A stretch of 64,000 bases of DNA from Candidatus Abyssobacteria bacterium SURF_17 (GTDB taxonomy: Bacteria; Abyssobacteria; SURF-5): assembly GCA_003598055.1 (NCBI GenBank), contig QZKI01000022.1, forward strand, positions 15,566 to 79,565, read 5' to 3'. Under the pieces are notes generated by a model. It saw nothing but the letters and a program-made list of their open reading frames with translations. It was not told the DNA's origin and made no database searches. The translations under genes and the position numbers were made by a program. Below, piece after piece: positions 37,889-46,540 of the stretch (positions within the stretch are counted from its first letter, which is position 1; each line of letters begins with the position of its first letter).

Positions 37889-39235
37889 TCACGCCGAGAA
37901 ATATCGTTCCTGTGATTCTTCGAGCGTTTCGCGCAGCACGCGCATGGCTTCGTCTATCTGCTTCTCGGTTATGATGAAGGGCGGCGCCATCATGATGTGG
38001 TCGCCGCGCCCTTGCTCGTCTTCGTAGTAACCCGGGTAGAAGAACACTCCTTTCATCATGCACTGCATGATGATGTCCATCTTCACCTTCTTCTCCTTCG
38101 GGAACGGCTCTTTCGTTTTCTTGTCTTTCACGAACTCGATGGCCCACAGCAATCCTTTGCCGCGCACATCGCCGACCATGGGCAGCGACATGAGCTGGAG
38201 CAGGCTTTCGTGGAGATAGTTGCCCATTTGCTCGGCGCGCGCGATGAGCTTCTCCTTCTCGATGATTTTCTGAACTTCATTGCCGACCGCGCAGGAGAGC
38301 GGATGCGCCGAGAATGTGTATAAATGCTGGAACTCGACCTCGTTGTTCTCGAACAACTCGACGAGCTCGCTGTGAACCGCCATGCCGGCGAGCGGCGCGT
38401 ATGCGCTGCCCACGCCCTTCGCAAACGTGGCGATGTCGGGCACGACGCCGAAATGGTCCATCCCCATGTTCCTGCCGGTGCGGCCGAAGCCGGTCACGAC
38501 CTCATCCGCAATGAAGACGACGTTGTGCTTGGTGCACGTCTCGCGGATTATGGGATAGTATTCGGGCGGCGGCACCGTTCCACCCGACGCCGAGGCAACA
38601 ATCGGCTCCGCAATGAATGCGGCGACCGTGTCCGGTCCCTCGGCGAGGATTTTCTTCTCTAGAGCGAGCGCGCAGTCGATGTCACAGTTCGGATATTCTT
38701 TGTCGAAGGGACAGCGGTAGCAGTAGCATGCTTCGATTTTCGGGTTGTTCCACAGCATCGGCGTAAAATCCCGCATGCGCGGCTTCACATCGCCGACGGA
38801 GAGCGTGGCAAATGTCATTCCGTGATAGCTCAGTTTTCGCGAAACGACCTTGTATTTCGACGTCCTCCCTGCGACGACGTGATACTGGCGCGAAAACTTG
38901 ATGGCCGCCTCGTTGGCCTCGGAGCCGCCCGAACAGAAGTAGATGCGGTTGAGATCCTTCGGCATGAGTTTCTTGATTCGCTTTACGAGTTCGATTCTCG
39001 CTTCCGACGCGAACACGGGCAGGATATATGAGACTTCCTCGAGCTGCTTCTGTGCGGCCTTCGCAACTTCCTTGCGACCGTGGCCGATGTTGACGGCCAT
39101 TGGTCCGCCGGAAAAATCAAGCAGCTTTCGCCCGTAGTTATCGTGCAGGTACACGCCTTCGGCCTTCGTGATGAGGATTGGCGGCACATGCGGGTGCTTG
39201 ATGAACATATTGTCTACAATGTCCTGCATCTCCAT
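37889..39235 (-). CDS. class III (PLP fold type I) aminotransferase
   Basis: 448 aa. The GGPMAVNIGHG, Lys-bearing FIADEVVTGFGRTG and TFAKG region are typical of omega-aminotransferases. Confidence 0.85.
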   Translation of the reverse strand: MEMQDIVDNMFIKHPHVPPILITKAEGVYLHDNYGRKLLDFSGGPMAVNIGHGRKEVAKAAQKQLEEVSYILPVFASEARIELVKRIKKLMPKDLNRIYFCSGGSEANEAAIKFSRQYHVVAGRTSKYKVVSRKLSYHGMTFATLSVGDVKPRMRDFTPMLWNNPKIEACYCYRCPFDKEYPNCDIDCALALEKKILAEGPDTVAAFIAEPIVASASGGTVPPPEYYPIIRETCTKHNVVFIADEVVTGFGRTGRNMGMDHFGVVPDIATFAKGVGSAYAPLAGMAVHSELVELFENNEVEFQHLYTFSAHPLSCAVGNEVQKIIEKEKLIARAEQMGNYLHESLLQLMSLPMVGDVRGKGLLWAIEFVKDKKTKEPFPKEKKVKMDIIMQCMMKGVFFYPGYYEDEQGRGDHIMMAPPFIITEKQIDEAMRVLRETLEESQERYFSA

Positions 39236-39460
39236 ATGGGTAAACCTCCATTGAAGCGGAGACAGCGTTCACGGCGAATCCGGATTCCCGGAATTACGAG
39301 GGATCCACGCCCCTTGTCAAACTAGAAAGTTATACTTGCTAGTTGTTCCATTCTAGCCGCAGCGTTTCCGGTTTGTCAAGAGCAGCATACCCCGTCGCGA
39401 GGGGGCATCAGCAAAAGAAATATCTTCAGGCGTTGACCTGTCTCGTCCTTGCGAGTATCT

Positions 39461-39910
39461 CTAGCCGCTTTCGATGAGTTCGAGGACAAACGGCTTCGTA
39501 TCCAGGTAGGCATAGCGCCGCAGCCCCTGACCTTGTTGGAGCACTCGAAACCCCTTCTTGCGGAACTCGGCGAGTCTGCCGTCGAAGTCGGAAACATACA
39601 TGGCGACGTGATGAATGCCCTCGCCGTGGTTCTTGAGAAAATCCAGGTGAATTGATGGTCCTTCCTGTATTTCGATGAGTTCTACCTGAACGGGGCCGAG
39701 CTGAAAGAAAGCGAGCTTGCCCTTTATCATGACCTCCTGGCCGTTACCCAGTCTTGCCGGGGCTTCACCCTCGACAACAACGAAGGAGCCTTCGCCGAAA
39801 ATCGGCTCGTAGCGGCGGACGCATTCGTCGACACTACGCACCACCACGCCTATTTGGTCAATACGGCTGAAGAGGGATTCATCGGGTTTCTGGTCAGCCT
39901 GTTCCATCAT
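39461..39910 (-). CDS. VOC/glyoxalase-family protein (methylmalonyl-CoA epimerase-like)
   Basis: 149 aa. IDQIGVVVRSVDE...GIHHVAMYVSD, two betaalphabetabetabeta modules. Confidence 0.7.
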   Translation of the reverse strand: MMEQADQKPDESLFSRIDQIGVVVRSVDECVRRYEPIFGEGSFVVVEGEAPARLGNGQEVMIKGKLAFFQLGPVQVELIEIQEGPSIHLDFLKNHGEGIHHVAMYVSDFDGRLAEFRKKGFRVLQQGQGLRRYAYLDTKPFVLELIESG

Positions 39911-39944
39911 CTCTTCCTCTCGGCTTGAGCCCGCGTTGATGGTG

Positions 39945-39975
39945 CAGGGCGCAGCATGTTGCGCCCCTACAACCT
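39945..39975. repeat. REP-like hairpin GGGCGCAGCATGTTGCGCCCCTACAACC
   Basis: Same family as 29751-29859, 51015-51040 and 61037-61067. Confidence 0.5.
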
Positions 39976-40067
39976 TCTATTGAGCGCTTCTTCGCAGAAA
40001 ACAAAAGACCCACGCCGCGTTGGGGATAACTTTTATGGGAGTGGTTCGCGAGCAGTCCCATTGGTTC

Positions 40068-41489
40068 TTAGTCGCACATCGCGTCGATTTCCGACAATAC
40101 TTTGTTGAGCACTTCGACGCCGAAGTCGATCTCCTGCTCTGTAATAGTGAATGGCGGCGCCACGCGGACGGTGTTCGGCACGGTTGAGCCGACCATTACT
40201 CCATTGAGCACGCATTTTTCGGAGATTAGCATCTCGGGATACTGAGAGATATCGCCTGTATACGTTGCGAACCGGTCGTCCTTGACGAACGGTTCCTTGG
40301 TAGCCTTGTTCTTGACCACTTCGAACCCGCCGAGCAAGCCTACGCTTTGGGCGAGCCCTACGCACTTATGCTCGCCCTCGAGTTCCTTGAGTTTCTTGTG
40401 GAGGTACGCCCCCTTTTGCGAGACGACGGCGGGAATGTTTTCCTCGAGCATGAATTCGACTGCCGCCGCAACGCTCGCGGCCACGACGGGATGCCCTGCA
40501 AACGTGCTTCCGGACCAGTAGCGGTATTTGTCAAGCTCACGGGCGATATCTTGCGAGATGACGATACCCCCCACCGGCAGCGCGCACCCGTTCATCCCTT
40601 TGCCAATGGTCATGATGTCCGGCGTGACTCCCTCATAGAGTTGATAGGCGAACCATTTGCCGCATCTGCCGAAACCGCAGATGACCTCGTCGTCAATCCA
40701 GAGAATTCCGTGCCGCCGCGTCATCGCGCGGAGCTGAGGGATGTACTCGGGCGGTGGATTGATGGCGGAGCCTCCGTAGAATATCTCGGTCACGAACGCG
40801 GCCACCGTCTCGGCCCCGATGGTTCGGATGAGGTTCTCAGATACCTTGATGCAGGCAAGTGTCCCATCGGCCTGCTTGCACGAGGGGTAGGTATGTCCGA
40901 GCGAGCAGCGGTAGCAATACGGAGCGGGAACGATGTGAAAGCCTCCGCCGGGGAAGTTCGGCACATCACGAATTTCGGCGGAGCCCGGCGAGGCCAAGGT
41001 CGCCCGATAGTAGCGGTTGCGCGACGCGCCCGCGGCGCCGCTCGTCGAGCCGTGGTAGGCATATTCGCGCGTGATGATGTTCGGCCGCCCCGTGATATTT
41101 TTGGCGATTGCAAATGCCTGCTCATTGGCTTCACTGCCCGTCGTGACGAATCGGACGCGGCCGGCCCATCCGTCGCCGCCGAGCAGGTCTTCCATGATGA
41201 GCTTCGCGGCGCGGGACCGGTATTCGGTGCAGAAGAGTTCCTGCACGTAGCCCACCTTGTCGAGGGCTTCCTTGATGGCAGCGGTGACGCGCGGATGCTT
41301 GTATCCGAGGTTGGCGGCGATCACCTGGCTGCAGAAATCGAGCAGCTTCATTCCGTTTGCCATGTGCACGTAATTGCCCTCGGTGTGGCTCACCGGCAGG
41401 TAGCGGTATTCATCTGCTGCCTGTTTGACATGGAGATAGTACTTGCTGTCCCATTCATAGATGCGTTCCCAATCGGTCTCGTGTTGCAT
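40068..41489 (-). CDS. class III aminotransferase (second copy)
   Basis: 473 aa. DFCSQVIAANLGY..., GxTxGSEANE, WIDDEVICGFGRCG motifs. Confidence 0.85.
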   Translation of the reverse strand: MQHETDWERIYEWDSKYYLHVKQAADEYRYLPVSHTEGNYVHMANGMKLLDFCSQVIAANLGYKHPRVTAAIKEALDKVGYVQELFCTEYRSRAAKLIMEDLLGGDGWAGRVRFVTTGSEANEQAFAIAKNITGRPNIITREYAYHGSTSGAAGASRNRYYRATLASPGSAEIRDVPNFPGGGFHIVPAPYCYRCSLGHTYPSCKQADGTLACIKVSENLIRTIGAETVAAFVTEIFYGGSAINPPPEYIPQLRAMTRRHGILWIDDEVICGFGRCGKWFAYQLYEGVTPDIMTIGKGMNGCALPVGGIVISQDIARELDKYRYWSGSTFAGHPVVAASVAAAVEFMLEENIPAVVSQKGAYLHKKLKELEGEHKCVGLAQSVGLLGGFEVVKNKATKEPFVKDDRFATYTGDISQYPEMLISEKCVLNGVMVGSTVPNTVRVAPPFTITEQEIDFGVEVLNKVLSEIDAMCD

Positions 41490-41516
41490 AATTCATTCTC
41501 CTCCCGCAAAAAGCTG

Positions 41517-42314
41517 TCAGGTTCCCGTTTCGCTGGGAGACCGCGGACTTTTCTTTTGACGCCTGCTTCGCGATTGAAACGTGAATTGCTCGCCGAGGTA
41601 GACGCGTCGGGCGTGAGGGTTTGAGACGAGCTCGTGCGAGCTTCCCGACACCTCTACCCTGCCCTCGTATATCAAATAGGCCCGGTCAACGACCTCGAGC
41701 GTTTCACGGACGCTGTGGTCGGTGAGGAGTATGCCGATACCCCGGTCGCGCAGCTTCCTGATGAGTTCCTGAAGGCTGAAGACGGAAATCGGGTCCACAC
41801 CGGAAAAAGGCTCGTCGAGCATGATAAAATAGGGTGAATTGACGAGCGCACGACATATTTCCAGTCTTCGGCGCTCGCCGCCGGAGAGCGTGTAGGCGAG
41901 TTGTTTGGCGAGGTGGCCGATACCGAACTCTTCGAGCAAGCTTGCGGCGCGTTCCCGGCGCTCTTTAGCGGGGCAACCGGAATGTTCCAATATCGCGAGC
42001 AAATTTTCTTCAACGGTGAGCTTGCGGAAGACAGAGGGCTCCTGCGGCAGATATCCGATTCCCATTCGCGCTCGTTTGTACATTGGCAGCCGGGTGATTT
42101 TCTCGCCATTGAGGGCCACCTCTCCTTTGTCTGGCGTGACCAGCCCAATGATCATGTTGAAAGTGGTGGTCTTGCCGGCCCCGTTCGGTCCCAGCAGCCC
42201 GACAATCTCTCCCGCGAGAATCTCAAGCGAGACCGAATCCACCACCTTGCGGCTCTTGAAATACTTCACGAGCGACCATGTGATGAGCGATGCGTTTGAA
42301 GCGGGAGCATTCAT
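41517..42314 (-). CDS. lptB: LPS export ABC transporter ATP-binding protein
   Basis: Walker A GPNGAGKTT, signature LSGGERRRLE, Walker B ILLDEPFSGVD. Position downstream of lptA/lptC. Confidence 0.85.
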   Translation of the reverse strand: MNAPASNASLITWSLVKYFKSRKVVDSVSLEILAGEIVGLLGPNGAGKTTTFNMIIGLVTPDKGEVALNGEKITRLPMYKRARMGIGYLPQEPSVFRKLTVEENLLAILEHSGCPAKERRERAASLLEEFGIGHLAKQLAYTLSGGERRRLEICRALVNSPYFIMLDEPFSGVDPISVFSLQELIRKLRDRGIGILLTDHSVRETLEVVDRAYLIYEGRVEVSGSSHELVSNPHARRVYLGEQFTFQSRSRRQKKSPRSPSETGT

Positions 42315-42862
42315 TCCGTTTTTGCTTTTTCGATAGCCTCGGGATACACGATGCCTCTCACATTGCCCTCTGCAACGACCTCGTCGGAGTCCATGAAAAT
42401 CGTGATCTTATTCGCGGCGAGTTCTCCACGCGAATCCTTCACGTGAGGATCTTTGAGAAGCTCGATGATGTTCCTGTCACCGCGGTAGACGGCCAGATCG
42501 GTGGTTGCTTCCGTGCCAAGCCGGTGCACTTTTACCCGGCCCTCAGCCTGGACTTTTTGAATCTTCTTGAGGTCTTGTTCATAATAGATGGTGATTCTTT
42601 CCGCCCGAATCCTTGTCTCATTATTCTGTTTGTCCACCATGATGATGTCAACCGCCCCGTCAAAGACCTGCGGCTTGCCTTTCTGTCTCGTGAGGGTCAT
42701 CGAGTCGGCATGGATGAGGCGGAACTCCTCGACCTCAGGCAGCCGGGGAACCAGGCCGGTCTCCTCATTCTGTTCCGACTTGGATGGCTCGTTTGCGCCG
42801 AAGGCGAGCGGCGCCCAATGCATCGCGAGTATGAAGACAGCGCACCACAAACACAGTCTCAT
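42311..42862 (-). CDS. lptA: LptA/OstA-N family periplasmic LPS transport protein
   Basis: Signal peptide. The beta-jellyroll OstA-like region (ADSMTLTRQKG...FDGAVDII...AERITIY) and the 4-nt overlap with lptB support the call. Confidence 0.7.
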   Translation of the reverse strand: MRLCLWCAVFILAMHWAPLAFGANEPSKSEQNEETGLVPRLPEVEEFRLIHADSMTLTRQKGKPQVFDGAVDIIMVDKQNNETRIRAERITIYYEQDLKKIQKVQAEGRVKVHRLGTEATTDLAVYRGDRNIIELLKDPHVKDSRGELAANKITIFMDSDEVVAEGNVRGIVYPEAIEKAKTE

Positions 42863-43449
42863 AGGTCCATGTCCCCCTGATGGATGGTTCCCTCAACCTT
42901 GAAGATCTTGAACGTCTCGGCTTCGGGCGAAAGCTCAAAACCCTTTCCTTTTATGATGGAATCGCCTCGGCTCATCGTCACGACGCCCTCTCCCCTGAGG
43001 ATCTCTTCAGCCTGGTTCCACGCGAGCGCATCAGTGGTCATGCGGTTGCCGTCGGACGTCGTAACGACGACGTTTCCTCGCAGCTTGGCGTTTCCGGTGG
43101 CGGCATTGTACATGGCGGAGTCAGCGGTTGCCTCGGTGACTCTGCCATTCTCGGCATAATACGTTATCTTGACCTTGCTGAGACGCGTCGGCCCGTCGCC
43201 CTCTTGCTCAACCGATTCGGCTGCCATCTCCCACTGGAGTTTCCCTCCCTTGCTCTGGGAGTACCTCACGTCCTGGAGCTTTTGGGCGAGCTTGTCGGGC
43301 TGCGCTGATTGCTCAATTTCCGTTTCGGCCGAATTCTCTTCAATGACAAGCTTCTCCGGCTTATTGCTGCACGACAAGGAAGACAACAGCAGACCCGAGC
43401 ATAGAACGAACAGAACTCGGGGCAGCAACTTCATTATCATAAACGTCAT
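42859..43449 (-). CDS. lptC: LptC-like inner-membrane-anchored LPS transport protein
   Basis: Single N-terminal TM. About 190 aa. Followed by lptA and lptB in the canonical order. Confidence 0.6.
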   Translation of the reverse strand: MTFMIMKLLPRVLFVLCSGLLLSSLSCSNKPEKLVIEENSAETEIEQSAQPDKLAQKLQDVRYSQSKGGKLQWEMAAESVEQEGDGPTRLSKVKITYYAENGRVTEATADSAMYNAATGNAKLRGNVVVTTSDGNRMTTDALAWNQAEEILRGEGVVTMSRGDSIIKGKGFELSPEAETFKIFKVEGTIHQGDMDL

Positions 43450-43547
43450 TTTAAACCAACACGGTGTGTTTTACAAGCCTGACTGACGCGCGGCGGGAAA
43501 AGAGGGAGGTATGGGATAGCCATGGCTCGCTTTGCTTGAGATTGCTT

Positions 43548-43576
43548 CGGTCACCGCGCTTCCCTCGCACCGACGA
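43548..43576. repeat. degenerate fragment of the GAGATTGCTTCG...CTCGCAATGAC module (copy D)
   Basis: GAGATTGCTTCGGTCACCGCGCTTCCCTCGCACCGACG. Confidence 0.35.
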
Positions 43577-43643
43577 TTGGCGGGCGTGTGCATCATAAGA
43601 GGAAAGCGTCGAAGGAGCTTTGGAGCGCTCCTACCCGCAGGTT

Positions 43644-44402
43644 TCACGCACGATTTTTTTCGTATATGATGCGGAGGCCGACGAGCGTGAGCATATGGTT
43701 CACTTCTTGAATCTCTTGAGAATATTTCGCAATCACTGCGGCAAGGCCTCCGGTCGCGATGACTTTCGGCAGGCCTTCCATTTCCTTTCGGATGCGCTTT
43801 ACCATGCCGTCGACCATTTCCGCATAGCCGTATATCAAGCCGGAGCGTATGCTCGAGTCGGTATCCTTCCCGATAACGCTTTTCGGAGCCGTCAGCTCCA
43901 CGCGTGGCAGCTTGGCGGTTCGCTGGAACAGGGCCTCTGCCGAGATGGTTATGCCCGGGAAGATTGCGCCGCCGAGGTACTGCGCTTTGGCCGACACAGC
44001 GTCAAAGGTTGTCGCGGTGCCGAAATCCACGATGATGAGCGGGGCTCCGTAGAGGTTGATACCTGCGACTGCATTTACGATTCTATCGGCGCCAACTTCC
44101 CGGGGGTTATCATAAAGAATTGAAAGGCCTGTTTTCACTCCCGGCTCGACACTTATCGGCTCGCATTTGAAATAGCGGTCGCATACTTCCTCAAGCATGC
44201 CTTGCAGCGGCGGAACGACCGAAGAGATGCATACTCCCTTCACCGCTTCCGTATCAAGGTCGGCTTCACGAAACAGATTTCTGAGAACGACCCAGAATTC
44301 GTCGCCTGACCTCCGGATGTCGGTGGATACGCGCCAGCTCACCAGGAGGTTCGTGTTGTCATAAACGCCCATCACCATCTGTGTGTTGCCGACATCTATG
44401 AC
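43644..44402 (-). CDS. coaX: type III pantothenate kinase
   Basis: MLLVIDVGNTQMVMGVY N-terminus (DxGNT phosphate-1 motif), ASKHA fold. Adjacent to birA, the Baf arrangement. Confidence 0.85.
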   Translation of the reverse strand, partial: VIDVGNTQMVMGVYDNTNLLVSWRVSTDIRRSGDEFWVVLRNLFREADLDTEAVKGVCISSVVPPLQGMLEEVCDRYFKCEPISVEPGVKTGLSILYDNPREVGADRIVNAVAGINLYGAPLIIVDFGTATTFDAVSAKAQYLGGAIFPGITISAEALFQRTAKLPRVELTAPKSVIGKDTDSSIRSGLIYGYAEMVDGMVKRIRKEMEGLPKVIATGGLAAVIAKYSQEIQEVNHMLTLVGLRIIYEKNRA

Positions 44403-44514
44403 GAGTAGCATATGTTGGCACCCCCATCGTTCGAACAAAAAATGTTTCTTTGAAACCGTGCCTGTGCACTTGCGCAAGTTAGGGACAGAGAATCAGTATC
44501 GTGGTCCTGTAGGG

Positions 44515-44586
44515 TCGAATTCATTCGACTGGATATGAGCGCAAAGTTGCTGAAAACATTATGCGAATAAATTCGCACCTACGAGA
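44515..44586. repeat. bipartite palindromic repeat element (GGGTCGAATTCATTCGACTGGA ... ATGCGAATAAATTCGCACCTACGAGAC)
   Basis: Second full copy of the 8755-8812 element; both modules are present. Confidence 0.5.
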
Positions 44587-44638
44587 CCGAAGCCAGGGTA
44601 GCAATTGCGAGACAGATTTTCTGTCCTTTCTTCCTCTG

Positions 44639-45610
44639 TCACCGCACTATGGTCACATCGCCGTGCGACACAGGCCGCAGGCTGCCATCCTTTTCCTCGA
44701 CGATGAGGGAACCGTCATCGTCCAGGTCGCGCGCGATTCCTTCCACGTATCCCTCACGCATTTGCACCCGCACATGTCTGCCCAGCGTGCACGAGAGGTC
44801 ACGCCATTGTTTCAGAACGTTCCCGCTGCCGTGCTGCTTGAAATGCACGTACTGGGTGTCAAACTCGCGCAAGACGCGCCGGAATACTTCCGGTCGGTCG
44901 AATTGCTCCCCTTTTTCGATTCTCATCGAGGTTGCTATCGCCGCCACCTCCGCCGGAAACATCGAGGGCGTCTGATTCACGTTGAGTCCAAAGCTCGCGA
45001 TAACATGTCGCACCGCATCTTGCTCGGCGACGAGTTCAGTTAGCGCTCCGCAAATCTTGCGGCCGTTTACCGTAACATCGTTCGGCCATTTTATTCGCGC
45101 ATCAAAAGTGTACTGTTCGCTGAGCACCTTTGCAACAGCCACGGCGGTAAGCAGTGTGAGTTTTGGTACATCCCTCGGCGGCATGGCCGGGCGCAAGACG
45201 ATGGAAGCCCAGACGCCGCAGCCGGAGGGGGAACTCCATTTCCTGCCGAGCCGACCACGCCCTCCGGTCTGAGATTCGGCGACGATTACGGTGCCCTCGG
45301 CGCACCCTTCGCTCGCGAGCGAGCCTGCAACGTCGATCGTCGAGGGAACAGAATCGAATGAAACGACCGACTGTCCGATGATGCGCGTGTCGAGGTCAGC
45401 CTCGATGTCAAGTCCGACGATGCGCTCGGGCGCAGCCTCGAATCGGTAGCCTCGGTTGGCGCATGAGCCGATGCGAAAACCCATCTTCCGCAGAGATGCA
45501 ACCGATTTCCATACCGCGGATCGCGACACCCCAAACGTATGGCTCATGGCCTGACCCGACACATATGCGCCCTCTGCATGACGGAGCAGCTTCAGAATTT
45601 CCTTTTCCAT
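44639..45610 (-). CDS. birA: bifunctional biotin-[acetyl-CoA-carboxylase] ligase / biotin operon repressor
   Basis: N-terminal HTH (MEKEILKLLRHAEG...), biotin-protein-ligase catalytic core (GRGRLGRKW = GRGRxGR motif), C-terminal SH3-like domain. Confidence 0.85.
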   Translation of the reverse strand: MEKEILKLLRHAEGAYVSGQAMSHTFGVSRSAVWKSVASLRKMGFRIGSCANRGYRFEAAPERIVGLDIEADLDTRIIGQSVVSFDSVPSTIDVAGSLASEGCAEGTVIVAESQTGGRGRLGRKWSSPSGCGVWASIVLRPAMPPRDVPKLTLLTAVAVAKVLSEQYTFDARIKWPNDVTVNGRKICGALTELVAEQDAVRHVIASFGLNVNQTPSMFPAEVAAIATSMRIEKGEQFDRPEVFRRVLREFDTQYVHFKQHGSGNVLKQWRDLSCTLGRHVRVQMREGYVEGIARDLDDDGSLIVEEKDGSLRPVSHGDVTIVR

Positions 45611-45673
45611 GGGGATTCGTTCGTGAAGAGTGTTATCCAGCGTGCCCGTCGCATATGCCATGTGGATATGTGG

Positions 45674-46540
45674 TTAAGCAGGCCGAAGCTCAAGGGCAAT
45701 ATCCAGAATAGGCGCTGAATGCGTCAGCGCGCCGATGGAAATGGCATCAACGCCGGCCGCGGCAACCTTGCGCACATTCCTGAGTGAAACGTTTCCGGAT
45801 GCCTCGAGCAGGATTGCCTTTTTCGACGCGCGGGCGATTGCGACTGCTTTGGCAAGCGTCTCGACGTCCATGTTGTCCAGCAGAATTGCGTCGGCCCCTG
45901 CTTCGACAGCTTCCTTCACCTGCTCGAGCGTCTCGGCCTCGACCTCCACCTTCTGAAGATGTCCCGCCCTCCGCTGGGCGGCGGTGACGGCCGCAACGAG
46001 AGCGGCCGGAGCGCCCTCAGCGGGAGTTTGAAATCGCAGGTGATTGTCTTTTATCAAGATGCCGTCGTAAAGCCCGAAACGGTGATTGAATCCCCCGCCT
46101 GCCCGCACCGCATACTTTTCGAGGATTCTGAGCCCTGGGGTAGTCTTCCGTGTATCCAGAATTCTTGTGGAATATTCTTTGACGGCTTCGACGAAGCTGG
46201 CCGTAAGCGTAGCGATTCCTGAGAGGTGTTGCAGAAAGTTGAGGGCCACCCTCTCGGCCTTGAGGACGGATGCTGCCGGGCCGGAGACTCGCGCGATGAC
46301 GTCGTTCCGGGACACCTTCACCCCGTCCTCGACCGCTTGCTCGAAAGTGACACGCGCATCGAGACGCCGGAAACACAAGCCCGCGACGGGAATGCCGGCG
46401 ACCATGCCCTTGGCCCGCGAAACAATCTTACCCTTCGCCGCCGCATTCGGGTCTATCACCGCGTCCGTGGTGATATCGCCGGACCCGATATCTTCGTTGA
46501 GAGCCTCATCGACGAGGCGGCACACTTCAAGAAGATTCAT
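45674..46540 (-). CDS. nadC: nicotinate-nucleotide pyrophosphorylase (carboxylating) / quinolinate phosphoribosyltransferase
   Basis: From Met at 46540: MNLLEVCRLVDEALNEDIGSGDITT...TRKTTPGLR...KDNH. Confidence 0.85.
   Translation of the reverse strand: MNLLEVCRLVDEALNEDIGSGDITTDAVIDPNAAAKGKIVSRAKGMVAGIPVAGLCFRRLDARVTFEQAVEDGVKVSRNDVIARVSGPAASVLKAERVALNFLQHLSGIATLTASFVEAVKEYSTRILDTRKTTPGLRILEKYAVRAGGGFNHRFGLYDGILIKDNHLRFQTPAEGAPAALVAAVTAAQRRAGHLQKVEVEAETLEQVKEAVEAGADAILLDNMDVETLAKAVAIARASKKAILLEASGNVSLRNVRKVAAAGVDAISIGALTHSAPILDIALELRPA

Noticed and set aside
40347-41624. 425-aa plus-strand ORF
   Set aside because: Antisense to the second class-III aminotransferase; no family resemblance.
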